A stretch of 38,248 nucleotides of DNA from Myxococcota bacterium (GTDB lineage Bacteria > Myxococcota_A > UBA796 > GCA-2862545): contig JBCCQY010000081.1 in assembly GCA_039208735.1 (NCBI GenBank), positions 1 to 38,248 on the forward strand. The letters are read 5' to 3'. Under the pieces are notes generated by a model. That model was not told where the DNA came from. It worked only from the letters and a program-made list of their open reading frames with translations, and ran no database searches. The number at the start of each line of letters is the position of its first letter. Within the stretch, counting starts at the first letter, position 1. The position numbers and the translations under genes were made by a program. Below, piece after piece: positions 25,029 through 33,728 of this stretch.

Positions 25029-26339
25029 GTGTCGCTCAAGCTCGATGCCCTGCGCGAAGCCGTGGCCCGTACGCCGATCGCGAAGATTCATGGTCGCGTC
25101 ACGCAGGTGCTGGGTCCCCTTCTCGAAGCGGATTTACCCGGAGCGGTACTTGGATCCCGTTGCACGGTGGGCCGCGATCGTCCCTGTGAAGTCGTGGGCT
25201 TTCGGGGTGAACGCGCCCTGCTCGTTCCGCTTGGCTCGCTGGTCGGCGTCGCCCACGGAGACCCCGTTGAAGTGCGTGACGAGACGCTTCTCGTGCCGGT
25301 CGGGGAGGGGTTGCTAGGACGCGTGTTGGACGCGTTGGGCCGTCCAAAAGATGGAGGCCCGGCGTTTTCGGACACGCGCATGCGCCCTATTCAGGGTCGA
25401 CCCAGAGACCCTTTGCGTCGCGACCTTATCGAAACGCCATTGGCTACCGGGGTCAAGGTGATCGATGGGTTGATGCCGGTGGCTCGCGGCCAACGGCTCT
25501 CGATTACGGCGGGTTCAGGCGTAGGCAAGTCCACCCTCCTCGGCATGCTCGCCCGGTGGGTCGAGGCCGACGTCGTCGTCGCCTGCTTGGTGGGGGAACG
25601 AGGCCGCGAGGTGCGCGAGTTTCTCGAACACAGTCTAGGTGACGAAGGCCGGAAGCGAACCGTCTTGGTCGTTTCGACATCCGACGAGTCGCCAGCCCTC
25701 CAAATCAAGGCCCCGCAAACCGCGAGTGCGATTGCGGAGTGGTTTCGCGACATGGGCCGCGATGTCCTGCTCCTCGTGGATTCGCTCACCCGACTGGCCC
25801 ATGCCCAACGTCAGGTGGGGCTGGCCGCAGGCGAACCTCCCACCACGCGGGGCTACACGCCGTCGGTGTTTGCCTTGCTTCCGCCGTTGCTCGAGCGAGC
25901 GGGCGCAGGAGAGGGCGGAGGGAGCATCAGTGCCTTCTACACGATTCTCGTCGAAGGGGATGATGAGCACGACCCCATCGCCGACGCGGTGAGAGGCATC
26001 GTGGACGGTCACATCGTGCTGTCACGATCGCTCGCTAGTAAAGGCCATTATCCGGCCATCGATGTGCTGCGGTCGCTCTCGCGGGTGGCCCACCGGGTGA
26101 GCGATCCCGCCCACCATACCGATGCGTCGCGGTTTCGCCGCTTGCTCGCCACGTGGGAAGAGAACGAAGAGCTTGTCCGGCTGGGGGCCTACAAGCGCGG
26201 CGCCTCGGCGGAGGTGGACGAAGCGCTGGCGCGTCACCCCGCGATGGTGCACTGGATGCAGCAGACCGAAGATACCAAAGTCGACAAGGCCGAAACGCTC
26301 GCCCGGCTCCACGGCCTGCTCGCGGCTCCCCTCGAGTAG
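25029..26339 (+). CDS. fliI: Flagellar export ATPase
   Basis: Walker A AGSGVGKST, GERGREVREF, LLLVDSLTR, GEPPTTRGYTPSVF, DPIADAVRGIVDGH. GTG 25029 follows AAGGAGG; alternative start 25014. Confidence 0.97.
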   Translation: MSLKLDALREAVARTPIAKIHGRVTQVLGPLLEADLPGAVLGSRCTVGRDRPCEVVGFRGERALLVPLGSLVGVAHGDPVEVRDETLLVPVGEGLLGRVLDALGRPKDGGPAFSDTRMRPIQGRPRDPLRRDLIETPLATGVKVIDGLMPVARGQRLSITAGSGVGKSTLLGMLARWVEADVVVACLVGERGREVREFLEHSLGDEGRKRTVLVVSTSDESPALQIKAPQTASAIAEWFRDMGRDVLLLVDSLTRLAHAQRQVGLAAGEPPTTRGYTPSVFALLPPLLERAGAGEGGGSISAFYTILVEGDDEHDPIADAVRGIVDGHIVLSRSLASKGHYPAIDVLRSLSRVAHRVSDPAHHTDASRFRRLLATWEENEELVRLGAYKRGASAEVDEALARHPAMVHWMQQTEDTKVDKAETLARLHGLLAAPLE

Positions 26340-26342
26340 AGG

Positions 26343-27563
26343 CTACGCAACGGCGATGGCCGACCACAAGGCTTCGCGGGTGCGAAAGGCCCAGGAGAGG
26401 GCTTCCATGTAGGCCTGCTGAATGCTCTGGTCGTCGAGGTTCTCGAACCCGAGTTGGTCCCACTGGGCTTGCTCGTGGGCCAGCACGCAGGAGAGCGCCT
26501 TGCCGATCGAGCCGCGACGTTCGGTCAGTGCCTCCTTGATGTCCGGCGTGAGGGGAAGCACACCGACGATTTCATCCAGAGGCTGGTCGAGCACCGCGTC
26601 GAGCATCGAGAACAGGCCGCTGATGTAGTACGCGTCTGCGCGGTCGTGCCCTGTGATTTGGGCCAACCGCTCGCACATCTTGGCGCGGATCGCAGCGGCG
26701 GTCACCACCTCGAGGGGCGCATCTCCGACGTCCGCCAGCACAATGAGGCTGACCCAGGTTCGGGTAAACTTGAGTCCCAACAGCGCAATCGCCTGCTGTA
26801 CGGACTGAACCTCGCGAGGCAGGTGGTAGTACGCCGAATTGATGATGCGCAGGATGCGGTAGGAAAGGCCCACATCGCTCGAAATAATGCGTTCGATCTC
26901 TTCGAGCTTCACATTGGGGTCATAGACCCGCGCTACCAAATTGAGCAAGGTCTTGCGGGACGGGGGGAGGGCCTGGCGCTGCAGATTGCGAGGACGGGCC
27001 AGGAAGTAGCCCTGGAACAGCGCACAGCCCATGGCCTTGCAGGCATCGAACTCCTCACGCGTTTCGATCTTCTCGGCGATGATCTCGACGTCGTAGGGTT
27101 TCAATTGGTCGATCGATGCCTGTACACCATCGATGCCGAGCGCCATCACATCGAGCTTCACATAGGTCGCGAAAGGCAAGAGGTGCTCGAAGCCTTCGCG
27201 GTAGACGTAGTCGTCGAGGGCGAAGGTGTAGCCCTGGTCCGCGAGTTCGCGCACGACTCGTACGAGGTCGTCGTCGATTTCAATGTCTTCGAGCAGTTCG
27301 AGGACGACGCGGTCGGGAGGTAGCGAGATGAGTCTGCGGTTGCACAACAGCCCGCGCGTCACGTTGATGAACGCCCGGCTTCGCCCGCACACTTCATCAA
27401 GCCCCATGTCGACCAGGGCCCCCACCACGACGCGTGCCGTTGCGTGATCACCATCGGTGAAATTCGCCCGGGTCTGGTTGGGCCGCCTGTACAGCAGCTC
27501 GTAGCCGATCGCCTCAAGCGAGGCGTCGAAGATGGGCTGCCGTGCGAAGACCACGGGTTCCAT
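26343..27563 (-). CDS. EAL-HDOD signal transduction protein (YuxH/PdeH-like putative c-di-GMP phosphodiesterase)
   Basis: ARQPI, YELLYR, AFIN, LELLE, ALDDY, VKLD, AEKIE, FQGY, then HDOD (DVGLSYRILRIINS, RAKMCE, GLFSMLDA). Confidence 0.92.
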   Translation of the reverse strand: MEPVVFARQPIFDASLEAIGYELLYRRPNQTRANFTDGDHATARVVVGALVDMGLDEVCGRSRAFINVTRGLLCNRRLISLPPDRVVLELLEDIEIDDDLVRVVRELADQGYTFALDDYVYREGFEHLLPFATYVKLDVMALGIDGVQASIDQLKPYDVEIIAEKIETREEFDACKAMGCALFQGYFLARPRNLQRQALPPSRKTLLNLVARVYDPNVKLEEIERIISSDVGLSYRILRIINSAYYHLPREVQSVQQAIALLGLKFTRTWVSLIVLADVGDAPLEVVTAAAIRAKMCERLAQITGHDRADAYYISGLFSMLDAVLDQPLDEIVGVLPLTPDIKEALTERRGSIGKALSCVLAHEQAQWDQLGFENLDDQSIQQAYMEALSWAFRTREALWSAIAVA

Positions 27564-27585
27564 GGAAGAACTCCTCTCCGGTTGT

Positions 27586-27614
27586 TCTTCGGAACCCAGC
27601 CCCTCGGGGTTGAG
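27586..27614 (-). promoter_or_regulatory. Sigma28-like promoter of the EAL-HDOD gene (CTCAA-N16-TCCGAAGA)
   Basis: Same -35 box, spacing and TCCGAA as the flagellin promoter; upstream of RBS GAGGAG. Confidence 0.6.
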
Positions 27615-27638
27615 GTCTTCAGGCTGTCCAACAGCGGT

Positions 27639-28499
27639 TCATCCCAGCTTGTCCTGGGTCTTCGACTCGAAGTCGCTGGCGTCGTGTCGTTCGTGAAGCT
27701 GTGAAGCCGGATCGCCCCATGCGCGATTCACCATGCGACCCCGTTTGACCGCGGGACGCTGTCCGATGGCATTGGTCCAGCGGAGCACGTTCTCGTACTC
27801 ATGTACGGCCAGGAACGTAGCCGCCTCGTACAGCAGTCCTCTGACGAGGGCGCCGTACCAAGGCCAGATCGCCATGTCCGCGATGGAGTAGTCGTCGCCC
27901 GCCAGGTACGCGTGGTCGGCGAGGTGTTGATCGAGGACGCTCAGCTGCCGCTTGACCTCCATCGAGAACCGGTTGATGGGGTATTCAAGCTTCTTGGGTG
28001 CGTATGCGTAGAAGTGGCCGAATCCGCCTCCGAGAAATGGCGCGGCTCCCATCTGCCAGAACAACCACGACAGCGCTTCGGTGCGGCTCGCGGGTTGAGT
28101 AGGCAAGAACGCCCCAAACTTCTCGGCCAGATACAGCAAGATGGCTCCCGACTCGAACACGCGCTGGGGAGCCTCTCCGCTGCGGTCCACGAGCACGGGG
28201 ATCTTCGAGTTCGGGTTGGCGCTCACGTAGCCGCTGCTGAACTGATCGCCTTCCATGATGTTGATGATCCACGCGTCGTACTCCGCGCCTGCGTGACCGG
28301 CCGCGAGCAGCTCTTCGAGCATCACGGTGACCTTCACACCGTTAGGCGTGGCAAGGGAGTAGAGCTGAAGCGGATGCTTGCCGACCGGCAGATCTTTGTC
28401 GTGGGTCGGCCCCGCGATGGGGCGGTTGATGCTCGCGAAGCGGCCGCCGCTCTCCTGGTCCCAGGTCCAGACCTCGGGGGGGACGTACTCATCGCTCAT
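27639..28499 (-). CDS. yghU: Glutathione-dependent disulfide-bond oxidoreductase (Nu-class GST)
   Basis: YVPPEVWTW, FASINRPIAG, LQLYSLATPNGVKV, NPNSKIP, FESGAIL, LHERHDASDF; ATG 28499 with AGGAG RBS. Confidence 0.93.
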   Translation of the reverse strand: MSDEYVPPEVWTWDQESGGRFASINRPIAGPTHDKDLPVGKHPLQLYSLATPNGVKVTVMLEELLAAGHAGAEYDAWIINIMEGDQFSSGYVSANPNSKIPVLVDRSGEAPQRVFESGAILLYLAEKFGAFLPTQPASRTEALSWLFWQMGAAPFLGGGFGHFYAYAPKKLEYPINRFSMEVKRQLSVLDQHLADHAYLAGDDYSIADMAIWPWYGALVRGLLYEAATFLAVHEYENVLRWTNAIGQRPAVKRGRMVNRAWGDPASQLHERHDASDFESKTQDKLG

Positions 28500-28560
28500 G
28501 GCGCAACTCCTGGTTCGGTTGCCTCCAGTCCGTATGGACATCCCAAACGCTACGCCGATC

Positions 28561-28917
28561 TCACGGCATGCCGCACGCCACCCAATCGAGCAGACGAAGT
28601 TGTTCGTCGTCGGGCAGCGCTCCGCCCGGAGGCATGTCCATCGAGGTCACGACGCGTTCGACAATGCGCTCGCCAAACGGTCGCGCGAGCTCGACGGTGT
28701 CAAAGTCCACGCCATTTGGAGCCGCCTGGCGATCCCCGGACGCCAATCGGCTCGAATGGCAGGGCGTACAGTACCCAATCAGGATGGGACCGCCCGCGTT
28801 TTCCCACGAAAGCGGGCTTGCCGCACAATCGACTTCGGGCAGCGATGCGGTGGCCATCGGTTCCGGATCTGCCCCGCAGGCCGCGACCACCCACCACCCA
28901 ACGCTATACCAACGCAC
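28561..28917 (-). CDS. Monoheme cytochrome c lipoprotein
   Basis: Lipobox VAAC, CTPCH heme motif, distal MPP; start uncertain (28917 or 28932). Confidence 0.8.
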   Translation of the reverse strand: MRWYSVGWWVVAACGADPEPMATASLPEVDCAASPLSWENAGGPILIGYCTPCHSSRLASGDRQAAPNGVDFDTVELARPFGERIVERVVTSMDMPPGGALPDDEQLRLLDWVACGMP

Positions 28918-30181
28918 GAAGCACCGCCGCATCGGGAAGCCAGCGTTTGGGATCGACGTCGAGCAATTCGAGGAGTCCCGCCGTCAGCCGTTCGTGCGTG
29001 ATGAGCCAGCCGCTCGCGTCCGGGGCTCCCGTTTCGAGGTCCACGGGGATGGCTTCGACTTCGTCGGTCGTGCCGCCAATCACCCGTCCACCGCGGACCG
29101 GTCCGCCAAACAGGAGCGCCGAGGTGACGGGCCAATGGTCTTTGCCATTTTCGGTGTTGCGGCGCGGGGTTCGTCCCAGTTCCGAAACGACGACAACCAC
29201 GGTATCTTGGTAAAGCCCGGCGCCCTTCAGGCCATTGGCAAGCTGGAGTAGGCTGCTGAAGAGCACTTCGTGCTTGGGGCTCTGATCGGGGTTCCCATCG
29301 TGGGTGTCCCACTGAAGGCCGTCGTTGATCATCACGGCCCGCGATAGCCCGAGCGACAACAGGTCGACGGCGAGCGCGGCCTGAGCTTCGAGGCCGAGCG
29401 TTCGCCCAAACTGAAGGCGCTGGGCCAGTGTTGCCCCGTCCCCTCGGAGTTGGGCCGAGCGCCCCAACGATTCCCCCATGGCATCGAGTCGCAGGTCGTT
29501 GTGGCGGCCCTGATCGCCCACCTGGGTCCGAAATGCGTCGATCCGCCCCTGCAGGTAGGCATCGATGGCGGATTGGGCATCCGACGTGGGCGCGTACAGC
29601 GGGTAGTCATGGTCGGTCGGGAAGCCTGCCCGCCGCAGTGAGGTGGGGTCGAGCAACTGCTTGAGCTGGTTGACCGCTCCCACCCGACCAGACGCGGCCG
29701 CAAGTTCCCCTGAAAAGCCACTTCCACCGAGGTCGAAGTACGGCACGGCGACCGCATCGCCGTGGGTGGCGCCCACGATGGCGGCGATGTCGGGGCTGGT
29801 GTTGGCGCGAGTGCCGGTCAGGATGCGGATGCGTCCGACTTCGTGCGCCACCGTGCCCACATCGATGCCGTTGACCACAAGGGTGTCGGAGGCCAACGCA
29901 TTGAAGAATTGGTTCACCGAGGGGCGCAGGACCGGGTTCACTGCGATGGGAATACCCGAAAACGTCTGAACGGCTTCGTTCGCGCCGCCTACGTCTACTT
30001 CAGGGCCTTCCACCAAGGGATTGTCGATCTTCGGATCGACGCCGTAGCTCGTGTCCCATCCGCCATTGGCATGGATGATGATGAGGTTTCGGTTGGACGG
30101 GGTCGCCGCGAGGCTTGGAAGCCCCAGCAAAGCGCACACGCCGGCGCTCGAGAGGAGCGCGCTTCGTCTCGTGAGGTTCAT
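28904..30181 (-). CDS. DUF1501-family Tat-exported protein
   Basis: TRRSALL Tat motif; GGWD, WDTH, SELGRTP, GKDHW, GGRVIG motifs. Confidence 0.9.
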   Translation of the reverse strand: MNLTRRSALLSSAGVCALLGLPSLAATPSNRNLIIIHANGGWDTSYGVDPKIDNPLVEGPEVDVGGANEAVQTFSGIPIAVNPVLRPSVNQFFNALASDTLVVNGIDVGTVAHEVGRIRILTGTRANTSPDIAAIVGATHGDAVAVPYFDLGGSGFSGELAAASGRVGAVNQLKQLLDPTSLRRAGFPTDHDYPLYAPTSDAQSAIDAYLQGRIDAFRTQVGDQGRHNDLRLDAMGESLGRSAQLRGDGATLAQRLQFGRTLGLEAQAALAVDLLSLGLSRAVMINDGLQWDTHDGNPDQSPKHEVLFSSLLQLANGLKGAGLYQDTVVVVVSELGRTPRRNTENGKDHWPVTSALLFGGPVRGGRVIGGTTDEVEAIPVDLETGAPDASGWLITHERLTAGLLELLDVDPKRWLPDAAVLRALV

Positions 30182-30191
30182 CCGGGACCTC

Positions 30192-31907
30192 CTAGTAGAA
30201 CATCAGGCGAGGGTGTTGGAGCAATGCCGAAACCACGGCACGCCATGCGTCGGGCGCTCCCGTTTCGGCCCGCACGGTTTCGAGCAGGCCGTACGTGGCG
30301 TCGATGGCTTCACTGTCGGGCTCATCGAGCTGACCAAGGATGCGTGCATGGAGTTCGACGAGTTGGGCACGGTCCATCGCTTCGTCTGCGGTGGGCGTGG
30401 CCATCGTCAGTAACTGGCGCTGTGCGGGAGGGGCTGCGAAGTCCGCGGCCACGATGTAGCCCGCCGCTTCGTTAGCGAAGGTGCTCATCACCAGCGTCTT
30501 GATGGGGGTGGGGGAATGGGCGGGAAAGGTCACCCGCAGGCCGTCAATCCCTCCCGACATCGCGCGAAACCCGAACAGATCGGTGGTCGCGAGGTCCACG
30601 TCTCCCAGGCAGGCATTCGAGGCGGTGCAGTTCAAGGCAGGCCGGTCTGCGGAGGCCCCCCATTCAAACCCAGTGAGCTGCTCGACAAGTCGGGCGTACT
30701 GTTCGGGCCGGACGGTCTGGAGGCCGACGTTTGCGTCCTCGTCTGACCCGGTGACCGTCCGAAAGGCGTCGGACAAGACGATCTGCTTGATCATCGTGCG
30801 CAACGAGAATCCAGAGTCCACCAAGGTCTGCTGCCATTGGGCCGCCCGCTCGTGAGGCACGCTGGGGGTTGGGGTTTGGGTGAGGTAGGCATCGACCCGT
30901 TGTGCGGTGCAAAGCGAGAAGCGAGGGTCATCCGCGATCTGGTCACCCAGATGGGCGAGGTCGTCGGTCGGGGCTCCGTAAAAGCCGGGGCTTCGAAGAT
31001 CGAGCCGCTGCCAGGCGAGCGTCAACTCGGGCACCCAGTAGCGGATGGGGTAGCAGTAGTCGGAGTCGTCGATGCACTGCCCGTTTTCGTCGTAGGAGAA
31101 GCGGATCCGTGCGGCGTTGACGCGCCCTCGATGGGGCCAGAACGAGGCGGCCAGGGGGTCGAGGGCCTGGTGGCAACTCACGCATCCCGCATTGGTCTCG
31201 ACTGCGTCGGCCACTGCGGCCTCGTCGGCCAGATCGATGCTTCCGTCCACGTTGACGTCCCGCTCAAGGAAGCTCTGGCACAGCAATGCATTGGCGATGA
31301 GTTCGGCGCGGCCCCGATTCGCGTTGCCGCCCACACTCATGTGTCGGGCAAACAGGGCGCTGTCGGTGAGCAGCCCCGCGGCGGGCCGCGCGTCAGGCCA
31401 GGACTGGGCTTGCCAATCGTCGCCTTGGGGGTCGTAGGTCACTCCCCACACCCGGGCCGATCGCGCGTCGACCCACGCCTCGTCGCTCGTCACGATGTCG
31501 GTGTACGGTCGGTCCTCCATGACCACGGCTTCGACGAGCCGCAAGGGGCCTTCGGCCACACTGGCGTCGATGTCGAGCTGGTCGACACCCGTCAACGGTC
31601 CGTAGGACAGGTACGTCCGCAAGATGTCCACGCGACTCCGGAAGAGTTCCGCATGCATGTCGCGGACGGTGTCGCCGAACTCTGGTGCCTCGAGGTACCG
31701 ATCCACGATGGCCTCGATCGCATCGGGGTCGGCGGCGACCGTTTCGAGATCTGCCACGCTCGGTCTTAAGCCTCGCAGGGCCATTGACACCCGAACGAGA
31801 TGATCGGTGGCCGAGAGTTCTTGTCGAGCGACCGCGTCTTCGAGCGTCGGCGAGGCAGGGTCGGCTCCGCAACCGACGAGCCCCCAAAGCAACCACGATA
31901 CGCGCAC
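30192..31907 (-). CDS. Heme-motif lipoprotein of the DUF1592/DUF1588/DUF1585-like group that partners DUF1501
   Basis: Lipobox LVGC; RVSMALRGLRPS, NRGRA, CVSCH..LDP, LLQHPRLMFY; directly upstream of DUF1501. Confidence 0.75.
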   Translation of the reverse strand: MRVSWLLWGLVGCGADPASPTLEDAVARQELSATDHLVRVSMALRGLRPSVADLETVAADPDAIEAIVDRYLEAPEFGDTVRDMHAELFRSRVDILRTYLSYGPLTGVDQLDIDASVAEGPLRLVEAVVMEDRPYTDIVTSDEAWVDARSARVWGVTYDPQGDDWQAQSWPDARPAAGLLTDSALFARHMSVGGNANRGRAELIANALLCQSFLERDVNVDGSIDLADEAAVADAVETNAGCVSCHQALDPLAASFWPHRGRVNAARIRFSYDENGQCIDDSDYCYPIRYWVPELTLAWQRLDLRSPGFYGAPTDDLAHLGDQIADDPRFSLCTAQRVDAYLTQTPTPSVPHERAAQWQQTLVDSGFSLRTMIKQIVLSDAFRTVTGSDEDANVGLQTVRPEQYARLVEQLTGFEWGASADRPALNCTASNACLGDVDLATTDLFGFRAMSGGIDGLRVTFPAHSPTPIKTLVMSTFANEAAGYIVAADFAAPPAQRQLLTMATPTADEAMDRAQLVELHARILGQLDEPDSEAIDATYGLLETVRAETGAPDAWRAVVSALLQHPRLMFY

Positions 31908-31958
31908 GGGCGACCTCCGTGTCCAAGGTTCGACACAGAGAACGCAAGGCCTGGTTCG

Positions 31959-32498
31959 TTATTGAGCGGCAGACACCATGTGCTCAAGCATGTGTCGATT
32001 GACGCCACCCACGCGGGCTTGCACGATCTCTTGGTTCTTCACCACCAAGGTCGTGGGGAAGGCCGAAACCTGGTAGCTCCGGGCCACCTCGGCCCGTGCG
32101 TCGTGCAACACCGGGTAGGCGATGCCCAACCGTTTGGCCGCGATTTTCAGCCGGCCCGGCGTCATGCGGTCGGTCGACAACCCATAGATCGGGACGTCGG
32201 GATGCTCCGCCGCAAAAGCTGAAAGTTCGGGGATCTCGGCTCGGCATGGCGGGCAGTCGGTGAACCAAAAGTTGAGGATGACCACATCGTCATCGAGCTG
32301 GGACAGGGTCACGGGCTCGCCCGAAAGGTCGGGCAACGTGAAGTCGGGCGCATGCCCCAGGCTCGGAACGGAAGGCGGAAACATCAACTGGAAGACCACG
32401 ACAACGGCAAGGACGACGCCAAGGGCCAATCCCCAGTCTCGCAGCAGGGTGACGACGAAACTGCCTGTGGTCTCGCGGGTTTCTGTCGCGTCCGCCAT
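31959..32498 (-). CDS. TlpA/ResA-like membrane-anchored thiol-disulfide oxidoreductase
   Basis: TM helix, APDFTLPDLSG, LNFWFTDCPPCRAEIP, FPTT; ATG 32498 after GGAG. Confidence 0.92.
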   Translation of the reverse strand: MADATETRETTGSFVVTLLRDWGLALGVVLAVVVVFQLMFPPSVPSLGHAPDFTLPDLSGEPVTLSQLDDDVVILNFWFTDCPPCRAEIPELSAFAAEHPDVPIYGLSTDRMTPGRLKIAAKRLGIAYPVLHDARAEVARSYQVSAFPTTLVVKNQEIVQARVGGVNRHMLEHMVSAAQ

Positions 32499-32553
32499 GT
32501 CCCGTTCTCCAGGTGTGACCTTGAGGGCTTGTCTGACGACCTTTAGCCTTGTT

Positions 32554-33615
32554 TCACTGAAGAATCGTGTCGGCCAGTTCCTTGGCCACCTGTTCATTCG
32601 AAACCGTGGCCTGAAGGCTACTCTCATCCTGGAAGACCGCGGCAATCCCCACGCGAAGCGTGCGGTCGTTGGCCAACAGCTTCAAGTCTTTGGATTTGCG
32701 GCTGCGGATTTTGGCCTGCTTCTTCCGCTCGGCCTTGTTGATCACCACTTCGATGAGCGCGCTTCGCCCCGGTTTTGTGGCTTCACAGTTGACCTTTTGC
32801 AGCTCCGGGTTGCCCGGAGGCAGCGGGGTGCAGTCGACTTCCCACGACCCTCCCCGTACGGCACGGGTAAGCTCGTAGCGGTTCAACAGGGCCACGGGGT
32901 CCCCCTCGGGAACGATGGCGTCGCGCAGGGTGGCCGCGCTGTCGCCATCGAGCACCGTGGTCGTCATGAAGGTATCGCCGTCCAAGAAGATGTGGGCGTT
33001 CGCCGCGGGATTCTCGGATGCTTGTTTGGCGTCGTCGGCCTTGGGGTAGCGATCGATTTGCACGTGAGCGAAGAACTGCCCTTGGCGCAAATCGCAGAAC
33101 GCAAACTGGATGCCGTCGATCTCGTCATCGTCGCAGCTGCTGACTTCCCAATCGAGGGTGTCGACGACGTCACGTAAGTCGTCGGGCAGCACCCAGTTCG
33201 CGATGTCACCGCCACCTTCAGCGCTCCGCCCGCGGCGTCGTTGCTGCCCTCGGCTGGCCCGAACTTTCGCGTCCATCGACGCTTTCCGACGCAGGATGGT
33301 CGTGCGTTGCCCCGGGTCGAGGTTGGGCATCACGAAGGCTTCGGCCAGCGAGGACAGCCGATTGAATTCGGCTTCGTCGAAGATGCCATCCGACGCACAC
33401 TGGTCGAATGCGATCTCGAACGAAATGCCGGCGAAGGTGCTCACTCCGTCGTAGTGAGAGGCGATCCAAGCGTCGTCGAGCAGGGTCTTTACCCGGTCCC
33501 GGTACGGATCGTTGAGGCCGATGAACTCCTGCAGGTCGACGGTGAGTTCGGAAAACGACTCCGTCTGGACTTCACGCCACAGCCCGCAACCCGCCATGAA
33601 CAACGTCAGCAGCAT
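32554..33615 (-). CDS. Hypothetical lipoprotein
   Basis: MLLTLFMAGC lipobox after AGGAAGG; two similar GWEV/DWEV..C...C modules in the C-terminal half. Confidence 0.7.
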   Translation of the reverse strand: MLLTLFMAGCGLWREVQTESFSELTVDLQEFIGLNDPYRDRVKTLLDDAWIASHYDGVSTFAGISFEIAFDQCASDGIFDEAEFNRLSSLAEAFVMPNLDPGQRTTILRRKASMDAKVRASRGQQRRRGRSAEGGGDIANWVLPDDLRDVVDTLDWEVSSCDDDEIDGIQFAFCDLRQGQFFAHVQIDRYPKADDAKQASENPAANAHIFLDGDTFMTTTVLDGDSAATLRDAIVPEGDPVALLNRYELTRAVRGGSWEVDCTPLPPGNPELQKVNCEATKPGRSALIEVVINKAERKKQAKIRSRKSKDLKLLANDRTLRVGIAAVFQDESSLQATVSNEQVAKELADTILQ

Positions 33616-33728
33616 CGGTCCTTCCTGTGCCAGCTCGGGACAGTCCCCTTGGGAGTCCCGAATACCTCCCTCCGCAAATTCGACAAGCCCGACGTGTCGA
33701 CCTCCTCGCTTCCTCCGCCATCGGCGTG

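Noticed and set aside
21780..26339. fliF/G/H/I as a non-flagellar (injectisome-like) T3SS
   Set aside because: Rod, FliE, FliG, P-ring, hook-junction, cap and flagellin genes are present, so the system is flagellar.
32499..32550. CTAAA/CTCAA boxes upstream of tlpA as another sigma28 promoter
   Set aside because: No (C/T)CGA -10 box at 15-16 nt spacing.
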